DNA of 64,000 bases from the human T2T-CHM13v2.0 reference genome, Homo sapiens. The stretch is taken from assembly GCF_009914755.1 (NCBI RefSeq), contig NC_060937.1; one strand, 5' to 3'. The notes below the pieces were generated by a model. That model was not told where the DNA came from, made no database searches, and saw only the letters and a list, made by a program, of their open reading frames with translations. A program made the translations under genes and the position numbers. Shown piece by piece: positions 1-11,970 of this stretch; within the stretch, counting starts at the first letter, position 1; every line of letters starts with the position of its first letter.

Positions 1-309
1 TGTAGTGAAATTGTCTGATTTGTGAAGATTTTCCAGATCCAATAAAATATGATTGAAGACCACAATTGACTTTCAATTCTTCTATTTTCTACATCTGACC
101 AACTTGTGCCATATATTCCAATCAAGCCATGTAATAAATGCATTTCTTTCTATTTGTACAATCCATATCCTTTATTTGGAAAACTTCTTTTCACTCTTCA
201 TGCTACCTTCTCTGTAAGTCTTTCATGGATCGGTAATCCTTGAACCATTTTCTTTTGAATCCCCCCTTACCCACAAAGTGTATTTTATAAAACATTTCCA
301 TTTGCAAAG

Positions 310-465
310 ATTTAATCGGCATAATCCTACAACATAGACAATGTTACTTTTCTTATGTTAAAGGTGAAACCATTGGAGCTCAGGTTAAATTACCTTTCAA
401 CAAGCCAAGTAAATGAAGGACCTACATGGAGTTCTAATCATATGATCTCATAAATTCTGTTTGTC
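310..465 (-). mobile_element. MIR SINE fragment (degenerate)
   Basis: Resembles the reverse-strand MIR core (…atgttacttttcttatgttaaaggtgaaaccattggagctcaggttaaattacc…); boundaries approximate. Confidence 0.4.
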
Positions 466-628
466 ATTGGACAATATATCTCAAGATTTTGTCATTCAAA
501 TCAGACCTCAGTTCAAACACTGATTCTTAGTTCTAATCATATGATATCATAGATCCTGTTTCTCATTGGACAATATATCTCAAGATTCTGTCATTGGAAT
601 CAGACCTCAGTTCAAACACTGATTCTTA
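431..628. repeat. Tandem duplication, 2 x 99 bp
   Basis: 431-529 and 530-628 align without gaps; 7 substitutions counted by eye. Confidence 0.95.
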
Positions 629-800
629 CCTGAAAACTTGAGAAAAATTGCTTAATTTCTCTAAGCTACAGTTTACTTCTCACTAACATGGGGATCCTAT
701 CTGTTCCACAAGATTGTTTTAAGAATTATAATAGATAATATTTATAAACGGTCCAGCATAGCACTTTAAATATAGTTAATGGTCAATATAGCTTAGCTTT
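595..800 (+). mobile_element. MIR SINE
   Basis: aatcagacctcagttcaaac…cttgagaaaaattgcttaatttctctaagctacagtttacttctcactaacatgggga…agattgttttaagaatta follows MIR core order. Confidence 0.55.
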
Positions 801-857
801 CATAAAAATAATTTAGAAATTACTTAATAAATAGTACCCATTCTTATTATAATTATG

Positions 858-990
858 ATCATCCATCCATCCATCCATTCATTCATTTTGCTCTCAAATA
901 TCTATTTAGTATTTATCTCACTCAAGAAATTTTGCTAAACCTTTGGTAGGTATACATTAGTAAACAACACACATGTGAACTTCTTATTTT
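858..990 (-). mobile_element. L2 3' end remnant with (CATC/CATT)n tail
   Basis: (ATCC)n(ATTC)n run followed by caaatatctatttagtattta, typical of a reverse L2 terminus. Confidence 0.4.
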
Positions 991-1033
991 TAATACATCA
1001 CTGGAATTTGGGTACTAGGCTGTGGTAGGCTAT

Positions 1034-1425
1034 TTTCTTAGACCATTTTCCATTGCTCTAACAATGGAATATCACAGACTGGTCAATTTATCAAGAAAAT
1101 AAGCTCATTCAACTTATGATTCTGGAAACTGGGAAGTCCAAAATCATGGCATCAGCATCTGGTGAGGGTCATCCCATGACAGAAGGATGGAAGGCAGAAG
1201 CAAGCGTGCAAGACAGAGCAAGAAGGAGAAGCATACTCACTTTTACAACCATCCATTCTCACAACAGCAAACCCACTCCCACGATAATGAAACATGAATC
1301 CATTGAAGAGGGCTCTGCCCTTGTGAGTCAATCACCTCTTATTAGCCCCGCTTCTCAACACTGCTGCATTTGAGATTAGATTTCCAACACATGAATTTGG
1401 GGAACACATTCAAACACCTTCAGCA
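1034..1425 (-). mobile_element. MaLR solo LTR (MSTD/MLT1A-like)
   Basis: ttcttagaccattttccattgc…ctgggaagtccaaaatcatggcatcagcatctggtgaggg…aacccactcccacgataa…aatcacctctta…acacattcaaac..cagca matches the reverse MST-type LTR layout. Confidence 0.85.
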
Positions 1426-1959
1426 TAGGGTTGACAATCAAAGAATGTTTGCTCAGTTCAACTTAATTTTCTAAACTTATTTTTCATCTATAAAATGGGG
1501 AGAAATAAGAGATGTTTTATGAGATGACTATTAAAAAACAATACATTAATATTCTGAAATAGTATAAAATACACAAAATATTTTATATAGAGTTAATTAA
1601 ATGACTGTGTTAACATTATTTGGATATTTACTGACTTGCAATGGCTCTTTGAAATGTTCTAAATCATATGACTTATATGTTTATACTTGCAGTGGTTATG
1701 ACTTTGTGTCTAAATCATAATTGGTGAAGCTAAGACTCAAATTCAGTTCTATGACTCCAATTCACAAATTCTTGACTAGTATGAAGTGCTGGTTTTGCTA
1801 TACATTACTGAGACGTATAAACTTACAGTCTTATTTCTAATGTTCCTAAAGATAGCATAACTGTAATAGTTGATGAATAGCTCTAATTAATAATTTCTTA
1901 AAATATCATTAAAAACAAAACAAGAGGAAAACGACAATAGATACCCATCAGCTTCTGAT

Positions 1960-1961
<2 letters not shown>

Positions 1962-1999
<38 letters not shown>
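1962..1999. repeat. (CA)n microsatellite
   Basis: Pure AC run of about 19 units. Confidence 0.95.
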
Positions 2000-2003
<4 letters not shown>

Positions 2004-3989
2004 ATATTAGACAATTTGTAAAGCATTATGATTCTGTAGGCAATTCCCATCAGAAAAACACAGCTAAGTCGTTGCTTGTTATGATTCAAGGAATGCTCTT
2101 TATACCTTTGATGGTTGTGAATGGCATTCTCTTTAAGTATAGTAGGAATAGGATTTTACATGGAATGTTTGTCAAGCTCTAGTCTACTGAGAGGAAATGG
2201 AATTCCAGATTCTTCAACCTCTGCTAAAGCTGAAATATCTAACATATAAAAAATATTTTTATTTTAATAAACTTGAATAAACTGCCTCTGGGTTTGATTT
2301 CAGCAGTTTTTTAATATACTTATACTACATAAACAACATTTAAATTTCTAACTTCTCTATCATGACCAAAAGGTTGTATCATATATCCTAAAGTTGCATT
2401 CTTGATTTCCTAAAGTAAATATTTTATATGTATGTATATATGCTCACTAGAGGCAGAAAATACAGACCTTTTAGAAAAGGGAACAATTTGCTTTTGAAAT
2501 GCTGGATCAATCGAAAGCTCTGGCGTTAATTTCCACAGTGACTGCTGGTACTCATGTTGCCTGAATTTTAAAATGTTGGTTTCATTAGGAGTAAAAATCA
2601 TTTAGTCTTCTCCTGCACTCTAAACATTTTATACAAACTAAAGTCATCCAATTTCCAAACTCCTGCCAACACAACAAGCATTAAAGTCTGGGATACATAT
2701 GTATGTGGTGATGTATACATTGGCCAAAAAAAGTTTTTGGATATTCCTAAACAAGAAACTTTAAAAACACACAAACTTGAATACATAAACTTATTTAGAA
2801 AAGAGTAGATTCTGCTTAAGAATCCATGAAACACTATGGCACCCTTTTTAAAAAGACAATTCCAGTAACACTTCATTAGGACATACCCCTGTTAAATTAA
2901 CTTTACAGACTTCTAATGGATTTCTTAATTAGACTTGTTATTAACAAGAATATTAAATGAATTAAAAACAGCTCTGACAGCCTCTTGTAATAAACAAAAA
3001 CTGAAAAGCAAGATTCATGCTCTTTACTTTTCCCTACTCAATCCAAAGCTTTTAATAACCTTACAAATGTACTGCAATTAATTATTCAACTGTCAAAAAA
3101 TAAAAAGCTTGGATCGTTACATGTCTGTTTGAAAACACATTTTTGTTATTTCAAAGATGAGGCTGGTTACTGGAGCTGCTCTTCTAGTCTTGCTTTTGAA
3201 GAGGCTGTTCCAGCATGGATGGTACATTGTCCTAAACACCGTTGTTGTTTAAGGACATTAATTCAGTATGTCTCTGTCTGCAGAAGTACCCCTTCTCTTC
3301 CTTCATTTGCTAGATAAAAAGAAGGGCATTTAATCAAAAGAGAAGAATAGTCGAATTCATAACTCAGAATTCTTGAATGACCAATCTCTTTTGAGTTTAA
3401 AAAGAGAAAGAGAAGGAGAGAGGAAGAAAGGGAGGGATGGAAAGACAGAGAGGGCACAAGATTTTCCCCTGTGGACCACACCAAAGCCCTTATGATCTGA
3501 TACTGACTTTAAATGCATATAGCTTTATATATGCACTGTGCCCTTCAGTTTTATTTTTATTTTGGTGATATATGTGTGTGTGTGCAGGTGTCTGCATGTG
3601 CCTTTACTGATAATGACATGATAGTCTTCTAATATAAACATGGAACAACAGATACAGAAAAGAAAAAATATTGTTTCCTTAGGATAAAGAAGAGCAGCAG
3701 ACTCTGCTATACTTATTGATTGAACCTCTATTCCTCAATGATGATGGCTTTGTTTCAGTGAGATTTTAAGTATAGCTCCAAGAACTAAGTGTGGCCACCC
3801 TCCAGAGTTCTATATACTTTGCCAAGAAGTCCAAAAGATTCCTTGATAACTATGAATAGAGAAGTTTCAGAAAACAAGCACTGTGGAGCTGACCACAACC
3901 TCAAGGTCTCTGTGGAGCCCTAGCTTGCTTCTCTCATTCTTATTGCCTGGATGGTCCCTGAAGGCTTTTGAATTTGATATCCCAATGTA

Positions 3990-4456
3990 GGAAGTGAAAA
4001 CCACCCAAATGCCTATCAAAGGATGAATGGAAAACCAAAATGTAGTTTATCTGTACAATGGAATATTATTCAGTCATGAAAAAGAATGAAGTACTGATAC
4101 ATGCTACCACCTGGATGAACTTGGGAAGCATTGTGCTAAGTGAAAGAAACAAGACACAATAAACCACATATTATATGATTCCATTTATATGAAATATTCC
4201 AAATAGGCAAATGTATGGGACAAAAGTAGGTGAGTGGTTGCTTCAGGCTGGTGGGGGAGGGGGGCAATGACACTGTAGAAAGGTAGTAGCTAAAGGAAAC
4301 TGAGTTTCTCTTTGTAATGAGAAAATGTTCAGAAATTGACTGTGGTGATAGTTTGACATATCTGTGAATATATTAAAACCCACTGAATTGTATATTTCAA
4401 ATGTGTGAATTGTATGGTATGTCAGTTATAAGTCAGTAATGCTGTTTTTAAAAAAT
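3990..4456 (+). mobile_element. L1MB-type LINE-1 3' end
   Basis: acaatggaatattattcagtcatgaaaaagaatgaagtactgatacatgctacc…atatgattccatttatatgaaat…gaaattgactgtggtgatagt…cactgaattgtata, then an A-rich end. Confidence 0.85.
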
Positions 4457-5445
4457 TAGTTGAATCAGATATGATCCAAATGTACTTTTTCACTTAAAAG
4501 AACCAGACATCAATATCAGTATCTCCACTCAATCAAATGTATTTATTTGACATGTGATTAGTATAAAGTCTGAGCCCAAAAGTTTCCATCAATAAACCAT
4601 GTCAATTAAATGTAAAATTAAAACAATACGTTAGTAGTTCTATATGTATTGCTGTTGGAATATATGCTGATAATTTCATATGGCTACTCAGCAAGTAAAT
4701 TTGAATTCTTAGCTTCAAATTTTTCTTAGAAAATCTATTAACATATTGTAAGTTTAGTCAACTAAAAAGACACTATCATTTATCATTTTAAGTCATGTTT
4801 CCAAAACATTAGAAACCATGGCATCAAAATAGTTTATATTTCTTGATAATTATATAAATGTTCTTTAGTCCATTTGTCACAACTTTTCTCCTCACAGTTT
4901 ATAATAATCACTGTTCTATCACCTTCGCAAACACTATTGTCATGTTTCTTATATCTGTTTACTAAAGACCCTTAATTCATTCAGACAGATATATTAGTTG
5001 AAATCACTCTACTTGCATTCTGAACAAAAGCTACTTAACAGACTACCTGAATATTAACTTAAGAGCCAAATGATTATCTTTTGAAAAAGATATTTACATT
5101 TAAAAGGGCTATCACTAAAACTAAACTTAAATGTAAATTAAGGTATAAGGAAAAAATATAAATTAGGGTATGTTTAGCATGGAAACTTAAAACTAATGCT
5201 ACATAATATGTTATGATTTCATTTAGCCCACTTTATATAAAATTACAACAACCATAAAACAAAACAAAAAAACCACATGTCATGAATTCAATTGTAATTA
5301 ACTTAAGATACTATTCAGGCTCACTCACAGAGAAAAGGATCCACGTCTGTCCTGTTCTTTTTATATAAAGAGGCAGTTACAATTCAGCCATAATAGGTAT
5401 TCACTTATTAGATATCTTCCTAGAAAAAAATCTGCCATATATACA

Positions 5446-5585
5446 CATATGCTCCTTGACTGAGTTGCATCCCAATAAACCCATCACAAGTAAGAAGTAT
5501 TCTGTCAATAAAGTATCTGATCCTTTCATAAACTCATCACACAGTTGAAACAGTGTAAGTTGAACCATAAATTGGGAACGGTCTG
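5446..5585 (+). mobile_element. MER47-like TcMar-Tigger MITE remnant
   Basis: Starts catatgctccttgact…cccaataaacccatc and ends gtaagttgaaccataaattgggaacggtctg, resembling the MER47 termini. Confidence 0.6.
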
Positions 5586-5589
5586 CATA

Positions 5590-5755
5590 TAGATGTGTGG
5601 GTATATATATACGCATATATACATGTATATATATACACACACACATACATACATGTATATATACACACACATTTATACATGTATATATACACACACATTT
5701 ATACATGTATATGTGTATATATACACATATATACCCACATATATACACATATGTA
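5590..5755. repeat. TA/CA compound low-complexity repeat (unit approximately atacatgtatatatacacacacattt)
   Basis: Seen directly; it generates the H/Y/I/T-rich spurious ORFs. Confidence 0.9.
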
Positions 5756-6744
5756 CCCAACTCTAAAACCTCTAGAGTTCTCAAACTAAAGAGCGATTCA
5801 GAGGTGCAGAGAAAACTAGAAATGAAATGGTGGAAATATAGTGGCAATTTAGTGTTAAAATATCTATGGTTGATAAAATATTTTTATCATCAATTCTATA
5901 TAACCAATTTTTTAAAAAATCTACCTGTGGAGTAGGGGTGAGGTTTACAGTCGGAACAACAATCTAAAAGTCAAAACATAATGTATTTTGATACTCAAAC
6001 ATATCAGAAAGCACCCTTCTGCTAGAATTAATGAGATAATTGAAATGTACAAACATGATAATAGCATGCCATATGCAGAGCAATCTAAATTATGAAATTC
6101 ATTCTAAATAAGCTATCTCTTTCACTCACATAAAGAGGTGGGCTGATGCATGCTTTTAGCTAAGTGGCCTCAAACACAGACACTCTCTAGGATACCGAAA
6201 GAAAATACCATTTTGACTTTGCAATATCATTGAGTTAGGAAAGCTTGGCATTTGTGATATTTTAATATGCCATATATTCCCAGTTCAGAGACTACTTTAT
6301 TTCAAATGACTCAAGCCATAATTGAAAATAGATGTGTTAACTATTAAAAATAAAGAAAAACTGCAATTTTGCCCAACTCTTTCACTAGAATAAACAAAAT
6401 TATATCTCAGAGACAAAATAGAAGCATGAGCAATTTCTGAAGTCAGAATTCTAGTTCCATCTAAACCATTTTTGCTGCTAAACTTAGACAAGTTTAGAAC
6501 CCCACAGTCCATATCCTGATTTAACTGGCCAAAATGCCACCACGGGCACTCGATAGCGATGACCCTTCACAGGACCCTTGGTTCTATAATCATCTCAGTG
6601 TAGCAGCTTTTTAAGTTTCTTTTCAGATCCAGGGAGAAGCCTATTATTGACACCAACTAATGCTTTGTGACAGGACTTTCATCCCTGCCTTGAAGGAGAA
6701 AAAAAGTGGGGAGCATTCAGCACATGACTAGAGAAGTAGAAAAG

Positions 6745-7720
6745 AGATTCATTCATAAAATATTTGGAACATCAATTCTGTGTCAATCACCATGTGAGGA
6801 GCTGGAGCTACAGGTGAACAGAATGGAGATCACCGTCCTCTGCAGAAGACAGGCTCATGACTGTGCGACAACACAGTCACAAAAATAAACATACAGTGAC
6901 ACACTGTGCTGAATTCTCTAAGGAACACACACAGTTTTGTTCTGCGTTATGGGCTAAGTTGCCCCCTCAAAAGATATGCCGACGTCCTAACCCTTAGTAC
7001 ATATAAAGGTGATCTTATTTGGAAATAGGTCTCTATAGATGCAGTCAAGTTAAGATGCAGTTCCTAGGGTGGAGCCTAATCCCATATAAAGAGCATTCAC
7101 ATAAGATGAAGAAACATAAAGACAGATACATGCAGAGGGAGACAATATGGAGAGACACAGGGGGAGTGCTGTGTGCTGACAGAGGCAGGGATTGCAGCAA
7201 TGCACCCACAAGCCAAGGATAGCCTGCAACCTGGAAGCTGAGAGTGGGGCAGGAAACAAATTCTCCTCTGGAGCCTTCAAAGGGAGCACAGACCCTCCAA
7301 CACCATGATTTCAGACTTCCAGCCTTCAGAAGCAGGAGAGAATACATTTCTGTTGTTTTCAGCCACCTGAATTCAGGTGTTTTGTGATGGTAGCTTGAGA
7401 AAGCCAATAGACTACAGCAGAGCAAACCAGAGATGTCTGTGTTTATCTCAGGAAGGAAGGACTAGGTCAGGCAAGAACTCCCTGAAGGACAGTTGGAGCC
7501 TGAGATCTGAAAGACGCATAGGGTCAGAGCAGATATGGAGCTGAGGGTCAAGTGTCATTTCCAAGCAGGAACCAGCATGGTCTGAAAAGGTGAGGAAGCA
7601 AGACGTACGACGCATCCCAATGGGAAGAGGTGGCTGTGAATGATGCTGGGAGAATGTGGGCAGTGTGGGGTGGAAACAGGCAAGATAGGCAGTGCGAGAT
7701 GGTATAGACTGAAAAAGAAA
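6745..7720 (-). mobile_element. L2 fragment split by an MLT1C insertion
   Basis: Reverse L2 3' end (attcattcataaaatatttgg…ggagctggagctacaggtgaacagaa) resumes after 7412 (…gagcctgagatctgaaaga…cagcatggtctgaaaagg). Confidence 0.55.
6945..7411 (+). mobile_element. MLT1C-like MaLR solo LTR
   Basis: gttatgggctaagttgccccctcaaaagatatg…gatcttatttggaaataggtc…caagccaaggat…gatttcagacttccagcc…atacatttctgttgttttcagccac. Confidence 0.85.
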
Positions 7721-8844
7721 GCCATTGGGTGGATTCTATGTATGACTCTCTTCCTGAACCTCCTAACACCCTGGAATTGCATGAGTAAATGCTAATCTCC
7801 CTAATAACTAATATCCCTGATAACTAGTTTGCCTCTGTACAGACTTCTTCCTCATAGCAAACATCTTAAATGATGTTGCATTTTTCCAGGCTTGTCTTTG
7901 TTAGATAAAAACAGGGGCTTTCTTTATACTGGAGTGTTCTGGGCTCTGGGTCAAGCATTGGAGAACATTTTTTCAGCTTTCCCCAGGGTCCTCGGCAGAT
8001 CACCTGAAACCGCTGGGCCTTCATTCTTCCCAGCAGTTATAGCCAACAACCCGATAAACCTGCCAACACCCACTTGGCCTCTTGCACCCTGGGGCCAGCG
8101 TGCCAACAAAGCCCATTGCGATTTATTCCATCCTGCTGCTCTGCAGACAGGCCTCATGAAAAGAGGGAAAGCTGCCACTTGAACTTAGTGCTCTTATAAT
8201 AACACACACCTACTGCATTTGTCCTCAAGGCAGGAGGAATCAATACGAAGCACAAACACACCCTGCTAAGGTTTTCCAGGCTAGGCTTTCCCAGCACAGG
8301 TTTGCCCAGAAATCCTCTCACATGTTTCCTCTTAATTGACCTCATGGGTGATATGTCCAGAATATAATGGGCTGAGTTATTTCATTTTAAACTAGGATCA
8401 GCTCTCCTAAATACTGCATTCATTTGTAGATTCAAGTTCTACATTGGCCTTTTTCTTTGCACTTCCAGGGGGCAAAAGAGCTCGAGCTAAAACCTGAACC
8501 ATTGCTAATACAAATCAATATTTCTCTATAAGGCAAGCTTAATTATTTTGTGGTTTCTCTCTCTCTCCCGCCCTCTCTCTCTGTCTCTCTCCCGGCTAGC
8601 TTTCCATCTATGCCTAAATTTAAAAAGTAAACAAATTCCACTGATGTAGTATATCAGTAAAATTACCTTTTAGGAAATAATACAAATATTGTGATATACG
8701 ACTACCAAGCTGTGTGTGTATACTGCATTATACATCTAAGTAGCACTTCCTGCAGCACTCAGTATACTTGAGTGCCTAATATAATAAATGCCATTTTATG
8801 GTATTGGAGGAAATATGGGAGAATAATTTACAGATAAACATTGG

Positions 8845-9050
8845 CAAGCCTAGTATTCTAAACCCAACTCAACTATTAGCTGTGTGACCATTATGGAGTC
8901 ACCTGACTTCTCTTACCATCTTAGGCTGCTCATTTGCAAGTGGAGATAATACCTGTATCATAGTTTTGTTATGAAAATTAAATAACATATTTGTAAACAT
9001 CTTTGTTCAATGCCTGACACTTTGAGAGTGTCCAATAAATGATGAGCATT
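8845..9050 (+). mobile_element. MIR SINE
   Basis: tattagctgtgtgacc…ctcatttgcaagtggagataatacc…atgcctgacac…caataaatg. Confidence 0.7.
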
Positions 9051-9377
9051 GATAATCATCACAATATATAAACAGAAAGTACAAATAACAACATTCATTC
9101 TTCGACTTCAACCACATCAGAAGAGTGCCTCTTATGTATAATAACATGATTTCTAATATTTCTGTGACAGAGGGTGAAAAAGTTGTTCAGGTGTTTTCCT
9201 GAAAGAAACTGTTCTATTGAAACTGAAATCCAGAAAAATTGAATTTTGTTATAAAATCCCAGATTCTTTAATTTGACATTATTTACTAGAATAATGTTAA
9301 ATTTCAATTACTTTGGAACTTAAGAGTCTATAATAAATATCATCTGTTGGTTACCAAATTTTTAAACAATTGTTGAA

Positions 9378-9625
9378 TAATAACATGGTTAATAATTATT
9401 GAATGTTTCTCATTGGCTAAGGACTCTGTAAAGTACTTTTCATGGATTAGTTTAATTAATCCTCACTACAGTTTTATGAGGTGGCAACTACCATTATCCC
9501 CATTTTACAGATGAGGTTACCAAGGCACAATTTGCCGTTATGATACATGCAGCACATGGTGAAGCCAGTTTAGAACACAGGCCTATGCTCCTGACTCACA
9601 CACACTGTCCTTGCATCTATATCAT
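9378..9625 (-). mobile_element. MIR SINE
   Basis: taatcctcactacagttttatgaggtgg…attatccccattttacagatgagg…aaggcaca. Confidence 0.8.
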
Positions 9626-9902
9626 CCTAAGCACTTGGGGCCACATTAGAGCAACTTCACCCAGGACAACACGGCATTTAACAGAGTGGTAATTACCCAC
9701 TTCTCTTAAATTGAAATGTATTCATATAGTCTATAATCTGATGAGATTATTGGTAGAACAAAACAGTGTTTAAAAAATTTAAAGAGAAGGGTTGCGACTG
9801 CAAGACCAGCAGTAGTAGCACAAGTAATTAAGGAATAGTGAACACTCTATTAGGAAAAAATAAATAGGAGATGGCCCATGCTTGTCTAGAAAGCCCCTTC
9901 CT

Positions 9903-10540
9903 ATTTTTTTTAAATTTTAGGTTCAGGAGTGCACGTGCAGGTTTGTTATATAGGTGAACTCGTGTCACAGGCATTTATTGTACAGATTATTTCATCACCC
10001 AGGTATGAAACCCAATATCCAATAGTTATTTTTTCTGCTTCTCTCCCTCCTCCCACCCTCCATCCTCGAGTAGCCCCCAGGGTCTGTTGTTCCCTTGTGT
10101 TCATGAGTTCTCATCATTTAGCTCCCACTTATAAGTGAGAACAAGTGGTATTTGGTTTTTTCTTCCTGTGTTAGTTTGCTAAGGACCACGGCCTCCAGCT
10201 CTATCCATGCTCCCACAAAAGGCATAATCTCATTCTTTTTTATGGCTGCGCAGTATTCCATGGTGTATATGCACCACGTTTTCTTTATCCAATCTGTCAT
10301 TGATGGGCATTTACACTGATTCCATGTCTTTGTTATTGTGAATAGTGCTGAAAAAACATCTGCATGCATGTGTCTTTAGAATGATTCATATCCCTCTGGG
10401 TATACATCCAGTAATGGGATTGCTGGGTTGAATAGTAGTTCTGTTTTTAGCTCTTTGAGGAATCACCACACTGATTTCCACAATAATTGAATGAATTTAC
10501 AGTCCCACCCACAATGTATGAGTGTCCTTCCTCCCCCTCC
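9903..10540 (-). mobile_element. LINE-1 3' end, L1PA13-15-like
   Basis: T-tail then gtgcaggtttgttatataggtgaactcgtgtcac…tcatttagctcccacttataagtgagaac; minus ORF 10118-10369 is the L1 ORF2 C-terminus (…WIKKTWCIYTMEY…SLISGS). Confidence 0.92.
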
Positions 10541-11414
10541 ACAATCTATCAACTGCCATACTCTGCTGGAGATGGTTCCTTAAGCTTTCCAGACTGTTCT
10601 GGGCCCTGACCTGCTCCCCTCTTAGTTCCATAGCAACCCACAGGTAGCACCAAGCGTGTTCTGTTGGACCCATTGATGTCCTTCTTGACTATCTACTTGT
10701 AGCCTGTGAACTTGTAGAGGAATATCTAGCCATACACACACACGTGTGTGTGTGTGTTTGTATTATACATATAAATAAAATAAAAAATTTTATTATAAAG
10801 ACAGCTTTGGTCATATTTTGGGAATCCAAATATAAGTATTATGCAGTTTCTGGGTGAGAAATGTAATTGTGAAAAGTGCATCTTGGTCAAGAAATACCAT
10901 AATTGCACATCGGCCAAGTAATTTATTAACATATTGACTATAGATGTGTAATATGAGCTTTTACCTCCAAAATCCTGGACCTAAGATGATTTTTACATTC
11001 TACCACCTCAGATAATAAAGGTTACCTTACAAACATGTTCTTTTGCCAATAACAGTGATGTGGAATTGCTAAATGCAAAGAAGCTTAATTACCTTTGAGC
11101 AAAATCAGTAGAAGTTAATATCTCTGTTGCACTAATCTATGACATCATTCCTTACATTTATCAATTGAGGGTGACAGTGGGACTGGCAGTGATTACAGTA
11201 AAGAGAATATGAAGGATTTATATACTTTTAAGTGGAAGAAATATAGAGCTACTTGCTGTATTCATATTTGTATATTGAATAAACCTGAAATTTTTAAGAG
11301 GTTGCCATTAAGAGTCTCTAAGAACATAAACTAAAAATTAGGTTTCACATCAGGTGAGATTAATCAATACAAAGGTATCAAATTCAGCTCTGAGAACTAC
11401 ATACAAATTTCAGT

Positions 11415-11970
11415 CTTTAATTTTGAAGACATGTATCTTCCAGAAAAGTTGCAGAAATAGTACAAAGAAATGTAATACATCTCTCCACCAGATTCCCCAA
11501 ATGTTAACATGTTAGTTCATTTACTTTATTATTCAGTGTGTATATATGGTTGTGTATACATATTTTTTGTATACTAATTGAGAGCAAGTTCCAGATATAA
11601 TGCCTGTTTACCACTACATACTTAAATGTTTATTTAAACAAGAACAATCTTCTCATAACCATACTACAATGATCAAAATCAGGAAATGAATATTGTTAAA
11701 TTTTATTATCTAACCCATGGAGCTTATGGAATTTTCCTCAATTTCCCACTAACATTCTTTATGCAACTTTTCATTTTTTTTTTTCTGATACAGGATCCAA
11801 TCCAGTTTCCAATAAGAATTGTATTTCCTGTCAACTATTCTGTTCATTTGGTCTGGAACACTTACTGAGTCTTTCTTTGCTATTCATGACCTTGGCATTT
11901 TTTAAGAAAGATAGACCATTAAATTTTTAGAAACTATCTTTGCATTTGTCTGATGTTTCTTCATCAGACA
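11415..11970 (-). mobile_element. L1MC4/5-type LINE-1 3' UTR
   Basis: agaaaagttgcagaaatagtacaaagaa…accagattccccaaatgttaacat…acaatgatcaaaatcaggaaat…caggatccaatccag…catgaccttggcattttt. Confidence 0.75.

Noticed and set aside
5401-5935. ORFs of 64-148 aa
   Set aside because: Open only because TA/CA repeats lack stops; the same applies to the ORFs over the repeats at about 1960, 18200 and 37850.
6612-6710. Acceptor-like ttaagtttcttttcag|ATCC and a possible exon
   Set aside because: No convincing downstream donor or reading frame; such motifs are frequent by chance.
10734-10753. (AC)5(GT)5 palindrome
   Set aside because: A simple-repeat junction; common and uninformative.
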